A DNA stretch of 64,000 bases. Origin: Octopus bimaculoides (Eukaryota). The DNA is taken from contig NC_068983.1 of NCBI RefSeq assembly GCF_001194135.2, forward strand, positions 100,095,998 through 100,159,997, written 5' to 3'. A model generated the notes under the pieces. It did not search any database. It had not been told where the DNA came from and saw only the letters and a program-made list of their open reading frames with translations. Both the position numbers and the translations under genes were made by a program. This document shows, one piece after another, positions 12,941 to 27,096 of this stretch. Position 1 is the stretch's first letter. Every line of letters begins with the position of its first letter.

Positions 12941-15900
12941 ACTCTCTCACCAGTAAACATGAAATACAAGTTAAAAAGAAACTATTGGGGAAAAGGAGAG
13001 AGTAAAATCAGATTAATAACAGTGAAAAGCTTTAGATTGCTGCAAGAATAAATATCTATGAGAAATTATAAAGTTGACTTAACATTGAGAAAATAATAGC
13101 TTATAATGTATACATAGCCAATGCGCTTGGCTTACTAATAATAGGAGCCAGATTCATACTTTAACAGGAAGACTAAATTAGACTATATTGAGAAAAAGAC
13201 GGGTTGGTCGAAGCTGGAATGCTTTTGATCATAAGTGTCTGCTGAAAGCTGAGCTAGAACTAAACAACAGCTATGGTTTTGTGTAAATACGGCTTGCATA
13301 TACAGTGTAAGGGAAGGGACGAGGTACCGAGTAAGAGGAGGTACTACACGATCTGTTGGCTACACATTATCATCTGTAGTGTGCAGCCACAAGAAGAAAA
13401 AAAACATATACATGCACATTATAAATATATGCGGACTAACTTCATAGCAAGCATAAAAGAAAGAAAAGAAGCGAAAAGAAAAAAATTGAAAGGGGGGAAA
13501 AGAAGTAGAAGAAAAATATTCAATAGTATTACGTCACTCAGAAGTATATTCAACATACACACGAGCCAACGGGTGGCGTAATCTGTCTCAAATCAAATCC
13601 GACAGTCTTTTAAAAAAACGGACTCATTGTATAATGTAGTCAAGGATAGTCTATGCTTAGTAAAAAAAATAACCGTATGGTTACGGATGGAACGTCTTTT
13701 ATAATCACAGCTGACGTGGAGCTAAACAACAACATATGCGAGGAGAAAACATTTCTGTCTATTTATATTAACTAAACAAAGGTGAATTTTATTTCAATTT
13801 AGAAGGAAGGAAAGACAGTGCATATGTTCTCTGCTGGCTCTAGACTGGTGAGAATGAGATGGCCGATGCCCTGTCTGATCAATCCACCACAGGAAAATAC
13901 CCGCAGGAAAAACGTGTACGAAGACAGAATCAGGAGTAAGATTCGAGTGTTTGCAACAAAGTGCATTCTACTAAAGGCACCCAAGGACAGGGTAATATTG
14001 TTAAACTGGCTGGTGTGTTAGATCTGTCGCATTCTCCAGGGAGATTAGTTTACTTCATTAAACCATTTAAAGTTAAATGTCCTTCTTTACTATTTCGAGC
14101 TTACTGAACACACTACAAAATCTGGATGCAGTGGACTTGTAGAAATTGTGTTGTGCGGTTTCTAATTTAGATGGTACAGGTCGTTATTGAGCCACCTAAT
14201 ATGACTCTCAGAAGGCTGTAATCACGCTGGTAGTAAACCCAGATGAAGATCATACATAAGCAAGGTTGTAACTTAAACACGTTTACTGTGGCCACACGTA
14301 TATACACAATGGAATGATAAATAGAATGGTAGGTGTGTAAAGGCCATGGTCTTCTGTGCTATGCTCCTCTCTGCAAGCTGGCCTGTGGCATAAGAAAGAG
14401 CCAGTCAAGTTGCGTCCTCATAGCTTGCGTGTCCATGCGGAAAAGAGGAAGAGATGAAGTCACGTGTCTGTCTGAAACTTAATGTTGTATGGTCAGCTTG
14501 TTTACCCGCTAAGAGGGTCTAGAGGGTAATGCGCCTACAGAGGCTCCCTCTTAGACCGGAAGTGATCGATTAATAGTAGGGTAGGCAGAGTGTACTAGGA
14601 GAGCACAGAAGAATGAACCATGGCAAAACAGTTGTATGAACAATTGAAAAAATACAATACAAGGAAAAACGTTCAGCAAAGAAAGGTGTGCAGTCAAATA
14701 GAACAAAGCATATATGTACAATGATACAGAAAAGAGAAAATGTGAATGCAGTGTCTCTAGCGGCATAAATCTATTCTCCAGAACAGTCACTGGCGAGGCA
14801 AAGTTAAGAAATGTAAATAGTCCGAGACAATTTCTTCGGTCAATGAACCGATTTGCCAGAACGTGTTCTGTAAGGTGAAGAATGTGTTTGTGTAGTTGGT
14901 GTTTTGGTGAGTGGATGTGGTGCTTGTGGTGGTGGGGGTGGGAGTGTTTGTGGAATGATGGGTGTGTCAGCAAGTGGCATAAATGTTTCGGGAAAAGCTT
15001 CTTTTATTCTGTCGATAGAGACTGTCTCTCTTTTTTTTTTCTTCCGTGAATGTCCACAGTGAACAGTTTCGGTGTGCTTCTAAGAACGCGATAGGGTTGT
15101 GTTCTTGAGCAAAACATTTCATTTCACGTGGCTCTGTAATCATTTCGTCATCTGACAGGTGGCACGTAATGTCAATTTGATGGGGGGAGTGAACTTATGT
15201 GAACACAAACATTTGATCACTATCAAAATTGCAGAACCCCCAAGTCATCTAACCACAGGAGAGTCCATGATTATTTAGTGATAGTGAAAAATATCTTAAA
15301 CTATGGAGGCAAATACAATATATTTCTTAGAACGGATATTCCTTCCAAAATGAGATTATATTAGTAAATTAATATGCTTTCATTCAAAGCCAAGGGATGA
15401 TTGCAACTTTAATTCAATATTTATGAAAAATAACCACTAGATTAAGGTTTGTTTTAAAAAACTATTACTGTACTTTGAACGTTTGTGTGTGCAAAGATGT
15501 TTATGAGCTCGCGTAAATACGAGTGCGCTCGCGAGCGTTCTTGCTTGTATATTTATTTAGCATGTGTCCGCATGTGTATTTTTATTTATAATGGAAACTA
15601 CGTAAGTACATCTCTATATGTTACTGAAATACTGTCGATACATCCGCTCATCACCTATATATCACACCATACCAAAATAACTCAAACCTCACACACTCAC
15701 GCACTCCTCTTAAAAAAAAAACACTTCTTTGGGAGATTATTACGATGTAATAAAGAAAGAGCGAAAGAAAGAAAGAGCGAAAGAAAGAAAGAGCGAAAGA
15801 AAGAAAGAAAGAGAATAAGATTATCGTCTGATTTGCATGTTATATCGCAAGCCAACAATATTTCTCCCAACATTAATGTATGTCGGCTGGCCCCGGTGTT

Positions 15901-16839
15901 CAACGAGGGAGCTTCTTGAAAGACGTCGCACGACAGACAGAGAATAGCCACCAAATCGCTCACAAATTACACCATACCGTAAATAGCAACAAAATCTCCC
16001 TCAAATCACACCAACCATAAGAAGATATATTGGACAATGATATCGAAAAGAAGGGATTGTTATAACTAGAATGCCTTTCATCAGATCTGCTCGATCAATG
16101 GCTGATCTGGAGCTAAACAAGTACCAAGTTTACTTTGAATCAACGCCTACGGACGCGCACACTGAAATAGCAACCAGGTTCTCCATAATTCACACTCTGA
16201 CAACTTCAATTAGGAAAGGAAACATTAGTAAATGTAATCTAAAAAATACACACCAAAAATGACGAGATAATGTACGTTTTTGTAATATTTACATAAAGTA
16301 TGATAAAAGCGCCTGGAAAGCAGTTTTAATCCTGGTCTGTACAAATAGGACGGCTGTGTGCGTGTGCGTTCGCATGTGTCTGTGTGTGTCGTGTGTGTGT
16401 ATGTGTGTGTGTTTTGTGTAATAATTTTCATCTGACTACACGTATAACAATACCCTCACATAGTTATAAAAGCAACATTTGTTCAGTTTTATTAACGTTT
16501 CATGCTTAGATAAGCTTAAATCTATCAACGTGTCTAATATAATGAAGGCTATTTATCGATAAATTGACACTATGCATTTGGTTTAACTTGTTACTTGTTT
16601 CACAGGTAAAGTAAACACATACAATACATGTATGTATGTATGTATGTATGTATGTATGTATGTATGTATATTCTATAATGGGAAAGGCCAGTTTATGAGG
16701 TTAGCCTGGGTTTCTCGCTCACAACGGGTTTGGCCTTACAGCGTATCTTCAGACCCCAAACACAGCTGGGATACACCGTAAGGTCAAATCCCTTATGAGC
16801 AAGGAACATGTCATAAGGCCAAATCCCTTATGAGCGAGG

Positions 16840-17245
16840 ACTCGATAACATGGAAAGTACTCGAGAATCCAGTCCCCTACATCAACGGGACAAAACGTTG
16901 CAAGTTAGGCAATAGCCGAACGCACGAGAATCCTGAAAGACTCGCTCGTGCCAGAGAGCATCCTGAACTCCAGGACGGAGATTTTTGGGCCATGTTTGCA
17001 TTTTAGAATATTCCTGCTGGTGTTTTGGGGGTCTGCGAGGCGACGCCACAGCTGGAAGCCAATAGCCAAGGCCGAAGGAAGACAATCGTTTACCTTCGTG
17101 GTTCTTTGGTGACCGCAAGAATACGGCGCAACCGAAGCTCGATGGCCGATGTCAAAGGGAGATAATCACCTAGTGTTTACTTTTACAGCGAGACATTTCC
17201 CCCTCCATCATATTTACCCCAGCAGTGTTTAGGGCCTGAAGAGTA
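16840..17245 (+). mobile_element. Penelope-like element 3' end (GIY-YIG endonuclease C-terminus plus 3' region)
   Basis: ITWKVLENPVPYINGTKRCKL...ILNSRTEIFGPCLHFR, with one frameshift. Confidence 0.7.
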
Positions 17246-17276
<31 letters not shown>

Positions 17277-17289
17277 GTAATAAACTGGA

Positions 17290-17420
17290 TGCAAGACGAA
17301 TCAGATGTAATATGCACAGAAGAGGACTGGGCTGGTAAGGCCATGTGACGCATATGGAAAATAACAACCATACAGAAAAGCACCGAGCACTTCAAGCTGA
17401 CAAAAGAGAGATGAAGCGGT
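17290..17420 (+). mobile_element. RTE-clade LINE C-terminal relic
   Basis: RRGLGW*GHVTHME resembles the RRLRWYGHVxRM motif. Confidence 0.45.
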
Positions 17421-18422
17421 GAAGACTAAGCTAGGATGCGGCTCTTCAGAAAAGAGATGATCCTATCACTCATACAAACAAAGCTAAACGTACGCTAAAA
17501 CGGGGGACGTTATGAAGACTGCGATATTTAACATATATCCACGTCTGGTCTTTTCACGCATTCTAGACCTGCTATGTCTCCTTCTCCTGCCTCTCTTATC
17601 TATGCGATACCCTCTTATCTTTCGATCAGTTTTTCCCCCTTCCCTCTCTTTACCGTACAATGCCGTTCATTAAATGAGGAATGATTCTAGTTCTCTCTGT
17701 ACTCAATTCCTCACCATCACCACCACTACCCCCATTTATCCAACCCTCTCTTTCTCCCGTCACGATGCCCGAGTAACGAGCAATTGCATCAATTCTATTG
17801 ACATACGATACACCTTCCATGCCGCCTCCTGTACTATAAGTCCCTCTCTCCCTCCCCTCTCCTCCCTCTCTCTCTCTCTCTCTCTTTGTCTTACACACAC
17901 ACTCACACACGCTTAGTTTTTACCCTTTATTAGCATTCATCTCGCTCTTCCCATGACTGTCATCACTCACACTCTGTCCTACCCATTAACATTACCCTCC
18001 AGTGCTGCTAGCTACTCTTCACCAGATCACTTGCCGTTGACAACAATTACACACTCTTACCACCAAGCATTTAGTTGTCAATTTATTTATTTATTTATTT
18101 ATGCGTTTCAGCCAAGTGGCTGCGGTCATGCTGGAGCATCACATCGATTTTCTTTTTCATTCATTCTTTCTTTCTTTCTTTCTCCCTCTTATTACTCTCA
18201 CCATTTGTAGTCTTTCCTCCATTACATCCTTCCACTAATATTTCTATTCCATTATTCCAAGTAGTAAGTCGCCCAATTCTCCTTCCTTTTCTACACCGTA
18301 ACCACACGAACTCTGTTTCCCCATCATATCTTACTCTTCCTTACCTTAGTTTTTCGTTTGCAATCACCTTTTCACCGACTCACTTTATCAGTCACTGTAC
18401 CCTGAACAGGGACAACGTAGAG

Positions 18423-18701
18423 CAGGGGTTTTCAAACTCTATGACTTGCGGACCCCTTTATATTTCAGGCTTTACCTTAGGGACCCCCTTATAAATGCTT
18501 ATGAAATTTATACATAAATATTTGCTTAAAATAACATATATTTTTACATTTATTTATTTAACAGTATTTAACAAATAGGTTTATTGTCAATTAAAAGATT
18601 TCGATTAAAAAACATATATAAAATCAAATTGCCCATAAAAAGTATTTGCTGTCTACGGACCCCCTGTCTTGTCCTTGCGGACCACAGTTTGAAAACCCCT
18701 G
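18423..18701. mobile_element. hAT (Charlie-like) MITE
   Basis: TIR CAGGGGTTTTCAAAC / GTTTGAAAACCCCTG; perfect 8-bp TSD ACGTAGAG. Confidence 0.93.
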
Positions 18702-19087
18702 ACGTAGAGTAGTAAGGAGTTTTGCTGGTTTNNNNNNNNNNNNNNNNNNNNNNNNNNNNNNNNNNNNNNNNNNNNNACCTCACTAGAGCTGGTGCTACAA
18801 TAAAATGCATTTAGTACAATGTGTGAAGCGGTTAGCGTCCGAGCGAAGAGAACGTAGGATAGAGAGAACACTTAGTCTAGTTTCGTTGGGGCTTAACCTC
18901 TCTAGTGAGGTTTCAATGATAAAATGCGTCCAATACAATCGGTAATGTAGTTGGTGATAGTAAGGGCATCGAGAAGTATAAATCGAGCCAAATGTAGAGC
19001 GGGGATTAACCACTGACTCATCTCGCAAAGCGGAAATTCCGAATAAGAATTGATATGGACTGTGACCGTGACGACACGTGCAAACCC

Positions 19088-19254
19088 CAAGGCTGGCCCT
19101 AGGGTTTCTGGCGTCCCGGGCAAGCTGAATTTCGGCGTGTACAAGCTGTCGGTCGTGGAAATTTCCTTGTCTTTGTCACCACCTTCTAGCCGCCCTCTAG
19201 TACATGGCGCCCCGGGCGATTGCCCCGAGTTGCCGGTACCTTGAGTCGACCCTG
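19088..19254. mobile_element. hAT (Tip100-like) MITE
   Basis: CAAGGCTGGCCC...GAGTCGACCCTG termini; perfect 8-bp TSD GCAAACCC; sister copy at 50773. Confidence 0.88.
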
Positions 19255-19338
19255 GCAAACCCATGACACAACTGTCTCTCAAGACTCATTGTTAAATCAC
19301 ACACACACACACACAGATAAATAGATAAATATCATATA

Positions 19339-19381
<43 letters not shown>

Positions 19382-20772
19382 CTAACATGCAAGCTGACCT
19401 AGTATCAAAGGTCATCTAGCTATGACTATCCTTTCTTTTTAGGATACTTCCTTGTTCGGTAACCAGTGAGTTAAAGTAGATCTGACTGTTATTTCTGCAG
19501 GTTGAGCGACCAAGCAGAGGACTCCCATATGGCATTATGCGATCTTAAGTACCCATATAAATATATACACGCACACAAAAGAATGACTTGAATTTATCGA
19601 AAAATAGTGAATTACTTGACTCACATATAATGCGATCATATCTGGAGTTATTGCAGGACAACGTAACAAAGACTCCTCCACCCATTTCCCCCCTATATCA
19701 TTGCTCCTGAGCAGGCAGTCAGTCAAAATAATAAATTCTAACGAAGGGAATAGTTACATGTGTGCATATGTGCATTCATATAACTATACCTGCATACATA
19801 CAAAACATACACACACACGCACGCATGCACGTACACAGTTGTTCTTTAGCTACAGAGCACTTTTCACTAATCAGATCTACGATCAAATGCATTTCAGTCG
19901 TGCTCCTCTTTGATATTGTTGCTTTCTTTAAAATAGTATATCTAGAAAGGTATTATTTATTGTATTGTATTGTGTGTGTGTGTGCGTGTGCGTGTGTGTG
20001 TGTGTGTGTTTTAAGATAATAGCATGTGATTTTATGGGAAATTTGGTTGCTATTTCTAGCAGGCCAAACGGTCGTGTAAAGGCTTTCCCGTAGGATCGCC
20101 GAGTATACGTATCAGGTGTTGGGATCGAAGACTGAATGCTATTGAGCTTAATAATAAACGAAGACAAACACGACACAAAAATTATCGGCACAATTCAGAA
20201 ATAATACACACATGCTTTTGTTGTTGTTTAGCCTCAAGTCAGCTCTGTTCAAGCAGACCTATAACCAAAAGCCTTTTCTTACACATTTGTTTAGTGCATA
20301 AGTGTGCGAGGACGCGTGTAAGTAGTATACGTGAGTGAAAGTGTATATAAACCTCGAAGCGGTTGTTAGTTAACAACGTGTTATAAACAATAACATTGCT
20401 ACGTTTTCTTTGTGCGAAAGACATATGTCGCCTACTTTCTCTGAAAAATATGCGTGTAATGATCATACACATATACGACGTTTTCAAATACACTTATAAA
20501 CTCAGCATGCAGGGATGCACTCAAGCACATAAATAATATGTGGTCAGTCTAAATGAAAAGCACACCATTCATAAAGAGAATGTAGAATAGAACGAGAATG
20601 GTGGAAATACAAATAAGATAAACAAAAGTCAACGAGGTAATTACATAATAAAGAAAAGTGTAAGTTAATAATGGAGATCTATTTGATCGGTGAGAGGCAA
20701 GGATTCAAGTCCGGGAAGGTGGACAAGACAGGGTTTTAAAAATTTACTAATATAACATGAAGTGCTGATAAT

Positions 20773-20839
<67 letters not shown>

Positions 20840-21383
20840 GACAGAACGTGTGTTGTGCTGAGAAAGTGAGTTTAAAGTTTTAAGTTGCGGTGGTATGAAG
20901 GTTACAATTTTAGTTTCCTTCTTACACAATCTACACAACAGCCGGTTTAAGTTCTCTCTTTCCCTCCCTCTCTCTTTCTCTTCTGGACATATTACGAAAC
21001 AGCTGAATATCTCACCGAGCTGTAGGAAATAAGGCGAAAAACTAATATAAAATAATATACACAGAAAATAGTGTGGCGTGAAGGTTAAGAATAAGGCATT
21101 GACTTACCACCAAGCTTTCGATGTGATATTCTGTTTTCTTTCTCTATTCACTTCTAATCCTGTTACATCACCGATGTGTACAGAAAAAGCTCGTGTTACT
21201 ACAACACTTTTATAGCCGGTGCATTTGTTCTAAACGATGTAAATACTGTTTACCATGTATAGTTTTTCTTTTCCTATTTACCACTTTCTCCAATATCTAG
21301 ATATTCATTTGATTAAGTTTTATCTGTATATGCTTATTAGCATGTTCTACCGTATTTATTTCTTTTTCAGTTACTTCACAAAT

Positions 21384-21414
<31 letters not shown>

Positions 21415-21540
21415 CAAGCAGCTCTGAGAAAGAGTGAGACTACTATTCCATACGAAGCTCCGCCTTCCACGTTTTCTCACACTCCGCCCAGCAAAGGGAA
21501 ACAACTCCTACTTCTAACGCCAACAGAGGAGCCTCTATAC

Positions 21541-21837
21541 CAGGGGTTTTCAAACTTTTTGACTTGCTGACCCCTTTATATTTCAGGCTTTACCTTAGGG
21601 ACCCTCTTATAAACGCTTATGAAATTTATACATAAATATTTGCTTAAAATAGCATATATTTCTACATTTATTTATTTAACAGTATTTAACAAATAAGTTT
21701 ATTGTCAATTAAAAGATTTCGATTAAAAAACATATATAAAATCAAATTGCCCATAAAAAGTATTTGCTGTCCACGGACCCCCCGTCTTGTCCTTGCGGAC
21801 CCCCTGTGGTCCACGGACCACAGTTTGAAAACCCCTG
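21541..21837. mobile_element. hAT (Charlie-like) MITE, sister of 18423-18701
   Basis: Same TIRs; TSD CTCTATAC/CTCTACAC (7 of 8). Confidence 0.92.
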
Positions 21838-21894
21838 CTCTACACAGTTTTCTTAGCTCTTACTAGAAATCACAACTATGTATCTTTCTTCAAG

Positions 21895-22110
21895 GTTAGC
21901 GAAGCTGGCAGAACTGTTAGACCTTCGAAAAATTTGCCTTCCAGTATTTGTTCCAGCTCTTTACTTTCTGAGTTCAAATCCTACCAACGTCAACTTAGCT
22001 TTTCATCCTTTTTAAGGTCGATGAAATAAAGTACTAGTCAAATATTGTGGTCTATAATCTCAGCTAACTGCTCCAAAATTGCTGTTCTCGTGCCTAAATC
22101 AGAAACAACA
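21895..22110 (+). mobile_element. Diverged family A SINE
   Basis: GCGAAGCTGGCAGAA head, GAGTTCAAATCC, TTTTCATCCTTT block. Confidence 0.75.
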
Positions 22111-22326
22111 TTTCTCTCAAATCACGTCCTATTCTTCTTAACAAACAAACAAACAAAGTGATGTGTGTGTGCGGAGTGGGGGAGGGGGTTATTGAATAAT
22201 ATACATCTTAACACATTTTGCTGAAACGCTTTTGGTCATGGGTTTGCTCGTTCAGAGCTACTTGGAGCGAAACAATAATTAGTAGTTGTGTCGACAAGTT
22301 AAAGTATGCAAATAACGAATTAACAT

Positions 22327-22500
22327 CAGGAGTAGCTGTGTGGTAAGTAGCTTGCTTACCAACCACATGGTTCCGGGTTCATTCCCACTGCGTGGCACCT
22401 TGGGCAAGTGTCTTCTACTATAGCCTCGGGCGACCAAAGCCTTGTGAGTGGATTTGGTAGACGGAAACTGAAAGAAGCCCGTCGTATATATGTATATATG

Positions 22501-22539
<39 letters not shown>

Positions 22540-22662
22540 TTGTGTGTATGTGTTTGTGCCCCCAACATCGCTTGACAACCGATGCTGGTGTGTTTATGTC
22601 CCCGTAACTTAGCGGTTCGGCAAAAGAGACTGATAGAATAAGTACCAGGCTTCTAAAGAATA
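22327..22662 (+). mobile_element. Family B SINE running into an assembly gap
   Basis: Matches 3892-4299. Confidence 0.9.
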
Positions 22663-23545
22663 NNNNNNNNNNNNNNNNNNNNNNNNNNNNNNNNNNNNNN
22701 NNNNNNNNNNNNNNNNNNNNNNNNNNNNNNNNNNNNNNNNNNNNNNNNNNNNNNNNNNNNNNNNNNNNNNNNNNNNNNNNNNNNNNNNNNNNNNNNNNNN
22801 NNNNNNNNNNNNNNNNNNNNNNNNNNNNNNNNNNNNNNNNNNNNNNNNNNNNNNNNNNNNNNNNNNNNNNNNNNNNNNNNNNNNNNNNNNNNNNNNNNNN
22901 NNNNNNNNNNNNNNNNNNNNNNNNNNNNNNNNNNNNNNNNNNNNNNNNNNNNNNNNNNNNNNNNNNNNNNNNNNNNNNNNNNNNNNNNNNNNNNNNNNNN
23001 NNNNNNNNNNNNNNNNNNNNNNNNNNNNNNNNNNNNNNNNNNNNNNNNNNNNNNNNNNNNNNNNNNNNNNNNNNNNNNNNNNNNNNNNNNNNNNNNNNNN
23101 NNNNNNNNNNNNNNNNNNNNNNNNNNNNNNNNNNNNNNNNNNNNNNNNNNNNNNNNNNNNNNNNNNNNNNNNNNNNNNNNNNNNNNNNNNNNNNNNNNNN
23201 NNNNNNNNNNNNNNNNNNNNNNNNNNNNNNNNNNNNNNNNNNNNNNNNNNNNNNNNNNNNNNNNNNNNNNNNNNNNNNNNNNNNNNNNNNNNNNNNNNNN
23301 NNNNNNNNNNNNNNNNNNNNNNNNNNNNNNNNNNNNNNNNNNNNNNNNNNNNNNNNNNNNNNNNNNNNNNNNNNNNNNNNNNNNNNNNNNNNNNNNNNNN
23401 NNNNNNNNNNNNNNNNNNNNNNNNNNNNNNNNNNNNNNNNNNNNNNNNNNNNNNNNNNNNNNNNNNNNNNNNNNNNNNNNNNNNNNNNNNNNNNNNNNNN
23501 NNNNNNNNNNNNNNNNNNNNNNNNNNNNNNNNNNNNNNNNNNNNN

Positions 23546-23955
23546 AAAGAGTAAAAGAGTAAGAGTAAAGAGTGAAAGAGTAAGAGTAAAAGAGTAAGAG
23601 TAAAGAGTAAAAGAGTAAGAGTAAAGAGTAAAAGAGTAAAGAGTAAAAGAGTAAGAGTAAAGAGTAAAAGAGTAAGAGAGTAAGAGTAAAGAGTAAAAGA
23701 GTAAGAGTAAAGAGTGAAAGAGTAAGAGTAAAAGAGTAAAAGAGTAAAGAGTAAAAGAGTAAGGGTAAAGAGTAAAAGAGTAAGAGTAAAAGAGTAAGAG
23801 TAAAGAGTGAAAGAGTAAGAGTAAAAGAGTAAGAGTAAAAGAGTAAGAGTAAAGAGTGAAAGAGTAAAGAGTAAAAGAGTAAGAGTAAAGAGTGAAGGAG
23901 TAAGAGTAAAGAGTGAAAGAGTAAGAGTAAAGAGTAAAAGAGTAAAAGAGTAAGT
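23546..23955. repeat. Degenerate (A1-4GAGT)n satellite
   Basis: AAAGAGT/AAGAGT/AAAAGAGT units; same motif as the family B SINE tail. Confidence 0.9.
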
Positions 23956-25184
23956 AACATATCCTGTCAAGATGTTTGTTTAAGTGATGACAAGGCATTA
24001 ATTGGTGGTTATTGAGTCCAATTCTAGAAGAACGTTTGTCTTTACCCTTAGGGCAAGAAAGAGTGTGCCACGTGGTTTTGTGGATCACAGTTAAGCTGTT
24101 TTCATTCTATGCATTTTATTTATCAGTGATCTTGAACTTGTTATTGTTGTTTACCCCCAGGTGAACAGACCTACGATCAAAGACATTTCTGCCATAATCA
24201 TAAAAGGTCTCCTCAATTAGGACTAACATGTGCTTAAACAACAACATAAAATATCTTTTTATATAAGGATTTTTGCGATACCCAAGGTTATTAATGACGC
24301 AAATGGAGGACTTGTGCGTCACTATCACAAATATTAGAATCGTACGGTATCCCTCCTGGCATGTGAAATAGTCCAATTCAAATAGTATATCCTGGATAAT
24401 GCAACACGATCGATATTTCCTTTTTAAAGACTGCACAGAGAGAGCTTTGGTTGTGATTTCTTGCATGTAGAGCGATCACATAGGTGTTGTCCTCGAAACA
24501 ATTAATAAAAGTGCTGGATGTGACATTGACAAGTAAATCACCAGATACATCGGTCAGAACCATAACAGTCCAATTGTTTTTGTCTATTTTACGCATTTTA
24601 ATTAAGTACAGGCTACCATACTGAATACGGTAGCCTAAAATAATTTTTTTATCAATGAGAAGAAATGTTTGTTTTCTTTGAGTGAGGTTGGAGTAATGAA
24701 AATTCTTAGCAAAAGGAACAAGGGAGAGAACTTAGAAGTTTCTGTTGAGATCTGCAAAGCATGAGTGAGTATGATCTTTGAGGGTTATGCTGACAACTCC
24801 AGATATGTTTCGATCGTATTAGATTTCCTCGGCGAAGTTATATTGCCAAGTGACATGTTATTATGGCACACAATCCTGATTTGCATCGTTAATTACTTTC
24901 GGAATCACAGATAAATCCTTATAGACAAGCATTGATATAGTTATTTTTTAACCCCCTTTTCAGTCCGGATTGAGTAGAATCAGAACTGAACTGGTATTAC
25001 TATTATGAGCAAGGGCGTTTTAAAATTCAAATAGTCCATCCAGACTTTATTCAATGTGTTCTCCATGGCAGTATAATGTAATTTACGAGAAATTTTGACT
25101 GCTGCTTTTAGTAAGCCGAGTGACCACATTCAGGCTGTTTCTGAAAAGAGATGTTTGTAGCGTTGATGCGCCATTGTCACTTAA

Positions 25185-25404
25185 CCCGTTAGCATTCAGA
25201 TTACTCTTTCAAATGTAACGCTTAATCATTCACATTGTTTTGAATTAATCGTGCGTTGACTTGTTGCTCTGCGATTTTGATGATGTGATTGCTTATTTTT
25301 AGAATAACACTGTAGCGTAGGTATGAGAGGCCAGATCTAGCTGATTTGAACGTAAAACAAGTAGAACATTTTGGCCAGATATAGCCGGTTTAAGTGCTAA
25401 AGGG
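25185..25404. mobile_element. piggyBac-like MITE
   Basis: TTAA then CCCGTTAGCA...TGCTAAAGGG; right TTAA missing. Confidence 0.5.
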
Positions 25405-27096
25405 CTCGTGATGTTCATGCTAAAATAATCTTGTTCTGGAGTCTGTTAATGTTTACTTCCATGCAAATTTAGCTAATAATGTGAATAAACTTTGTGCCGT
25501 AATTATTGCATAACGTATTTTTATTGTTGGTGTTGGTGCTTTGACTCAGATCGATCTTGATTAAACAGACTTATGAGCAAAGATTTTCCTGCCAAGACCT
25601 TCTTATCTCATTTTCTGGTATTGTCTATCAAGATATCTAAAACCGCAGTATCCTATGCATCTTTCCTTTTCTTAATATAGCAGAGTGGTCTGACAGATAT
25701 TTGATTGCTGTTTCTAACCAATCGAGCGACCATATAAAAAAGGATCATTCGTTAGCCCTTTGGATGACACGTGCGAACAGTTTAAAACAACAAACAGATT
25801 TTTTACACTGCATCTCTTCACAGTCTTTTAGGCGCTTTACGTTATAGCTAGAAAGCTGAATTTCTTTACCCTTTCCTGCAAGATCACTTAATTGAAGTCT
25901 TTAGTGGTTGTGTTGCATGTTTATCGGTAACATTGAGAAGAATGTCTGGATTCAAATTTGCAAGTATTACACGGTGTAACAAAATTTTTATTTAAAGAAT
26001 TTTTTGTCAGTGTTATTTCCTATTTTCTCCTCTCTAGAAATCAAAGGAAATTACTACGTTTCCCTTCAAACTTTGCTTTTGTCACCTGGACATCAATGTT
26101 TTTCCATTACGTTTCAGACAGATTCAGCGCTGTGTTGCTGAAACATAAATATCGTTATAGCAAATACTTTGCTGAATACCACATATTTGTTTGTCAGTTG
26201 TTTGACCTTAACCACTTGAGCATGTCCCTTAATGGCTAGCAATTTGTGCATCTCTGATTATGAGGAGTAGTGGGGAGCACCATAGCTATATGTTGAGGGA
26301 GATTCATTGGGGTTTGAATGAATGTAACAAAAGCAAAGTTTGAAGGAAATATTAGCCATTTTTCATACTTTCTAGGGTTACGTAAATAGGACATAACAGT
26401 TAATACCCAAGGACAAAAATTGTGTTACACTGTTATTAACAGGTTCCGCAAGAATAGGAGTACTGTCATGTCGGTTTTGGTATCATATGGAATTCATTAG
26501 CATACTTGCTAGCTGACAAATGATAAATTGACAACTACACCCGAAATGACAAATTGGCATTTCAGTTGTAGTGACGTGCTTATCTATATAGCTTGCTACG
26601 AGATGAATCGAAACTGTAGTTACCTATCTATCAGCCTTGCGAAATAAAACATATTTATCACTTGTCTTAATTCTACAGTCTCCGTTTATAGCTCATACTT
26701 TGAATCACGCATCTTCCCTTTCAGAAGTATTGTCTTTCCAGAATGTAGTAGCTACTGAGGCAAGGATGTCTTGGATAACATACTTCGAAGAAAATTAAGG
26801 AAATGTCTTTGTAGAGTGCAGCCAGGAGAGTACGAACCGAATGGGAAATATCTGGTACCACTTGTTCCCATGATATGATTGTTAGTCGTTTTTGAGCTGA
26901 GGGCAGCTGTGTCATTCTTCAAACATTACCGTTCATTCGTTCAATGCTCAATCTTTTGTGAACTATATAGTGATTTAGGATCTCTGGGTAACGTTGTACT
27001 AAGATAAAAACGGTTTTCCAAGACTCGTGAAGGCAGGCCCATGAGCAAAATGGATGAATGTTAGAACTGCCAAATAGAGCTGATCAATTTATCATA

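Noticed and set aside
24250-24600. Possible Penelope RT relic on the minus strand
   Set aside because: Only vague motif similarity; not supportable without a profile search
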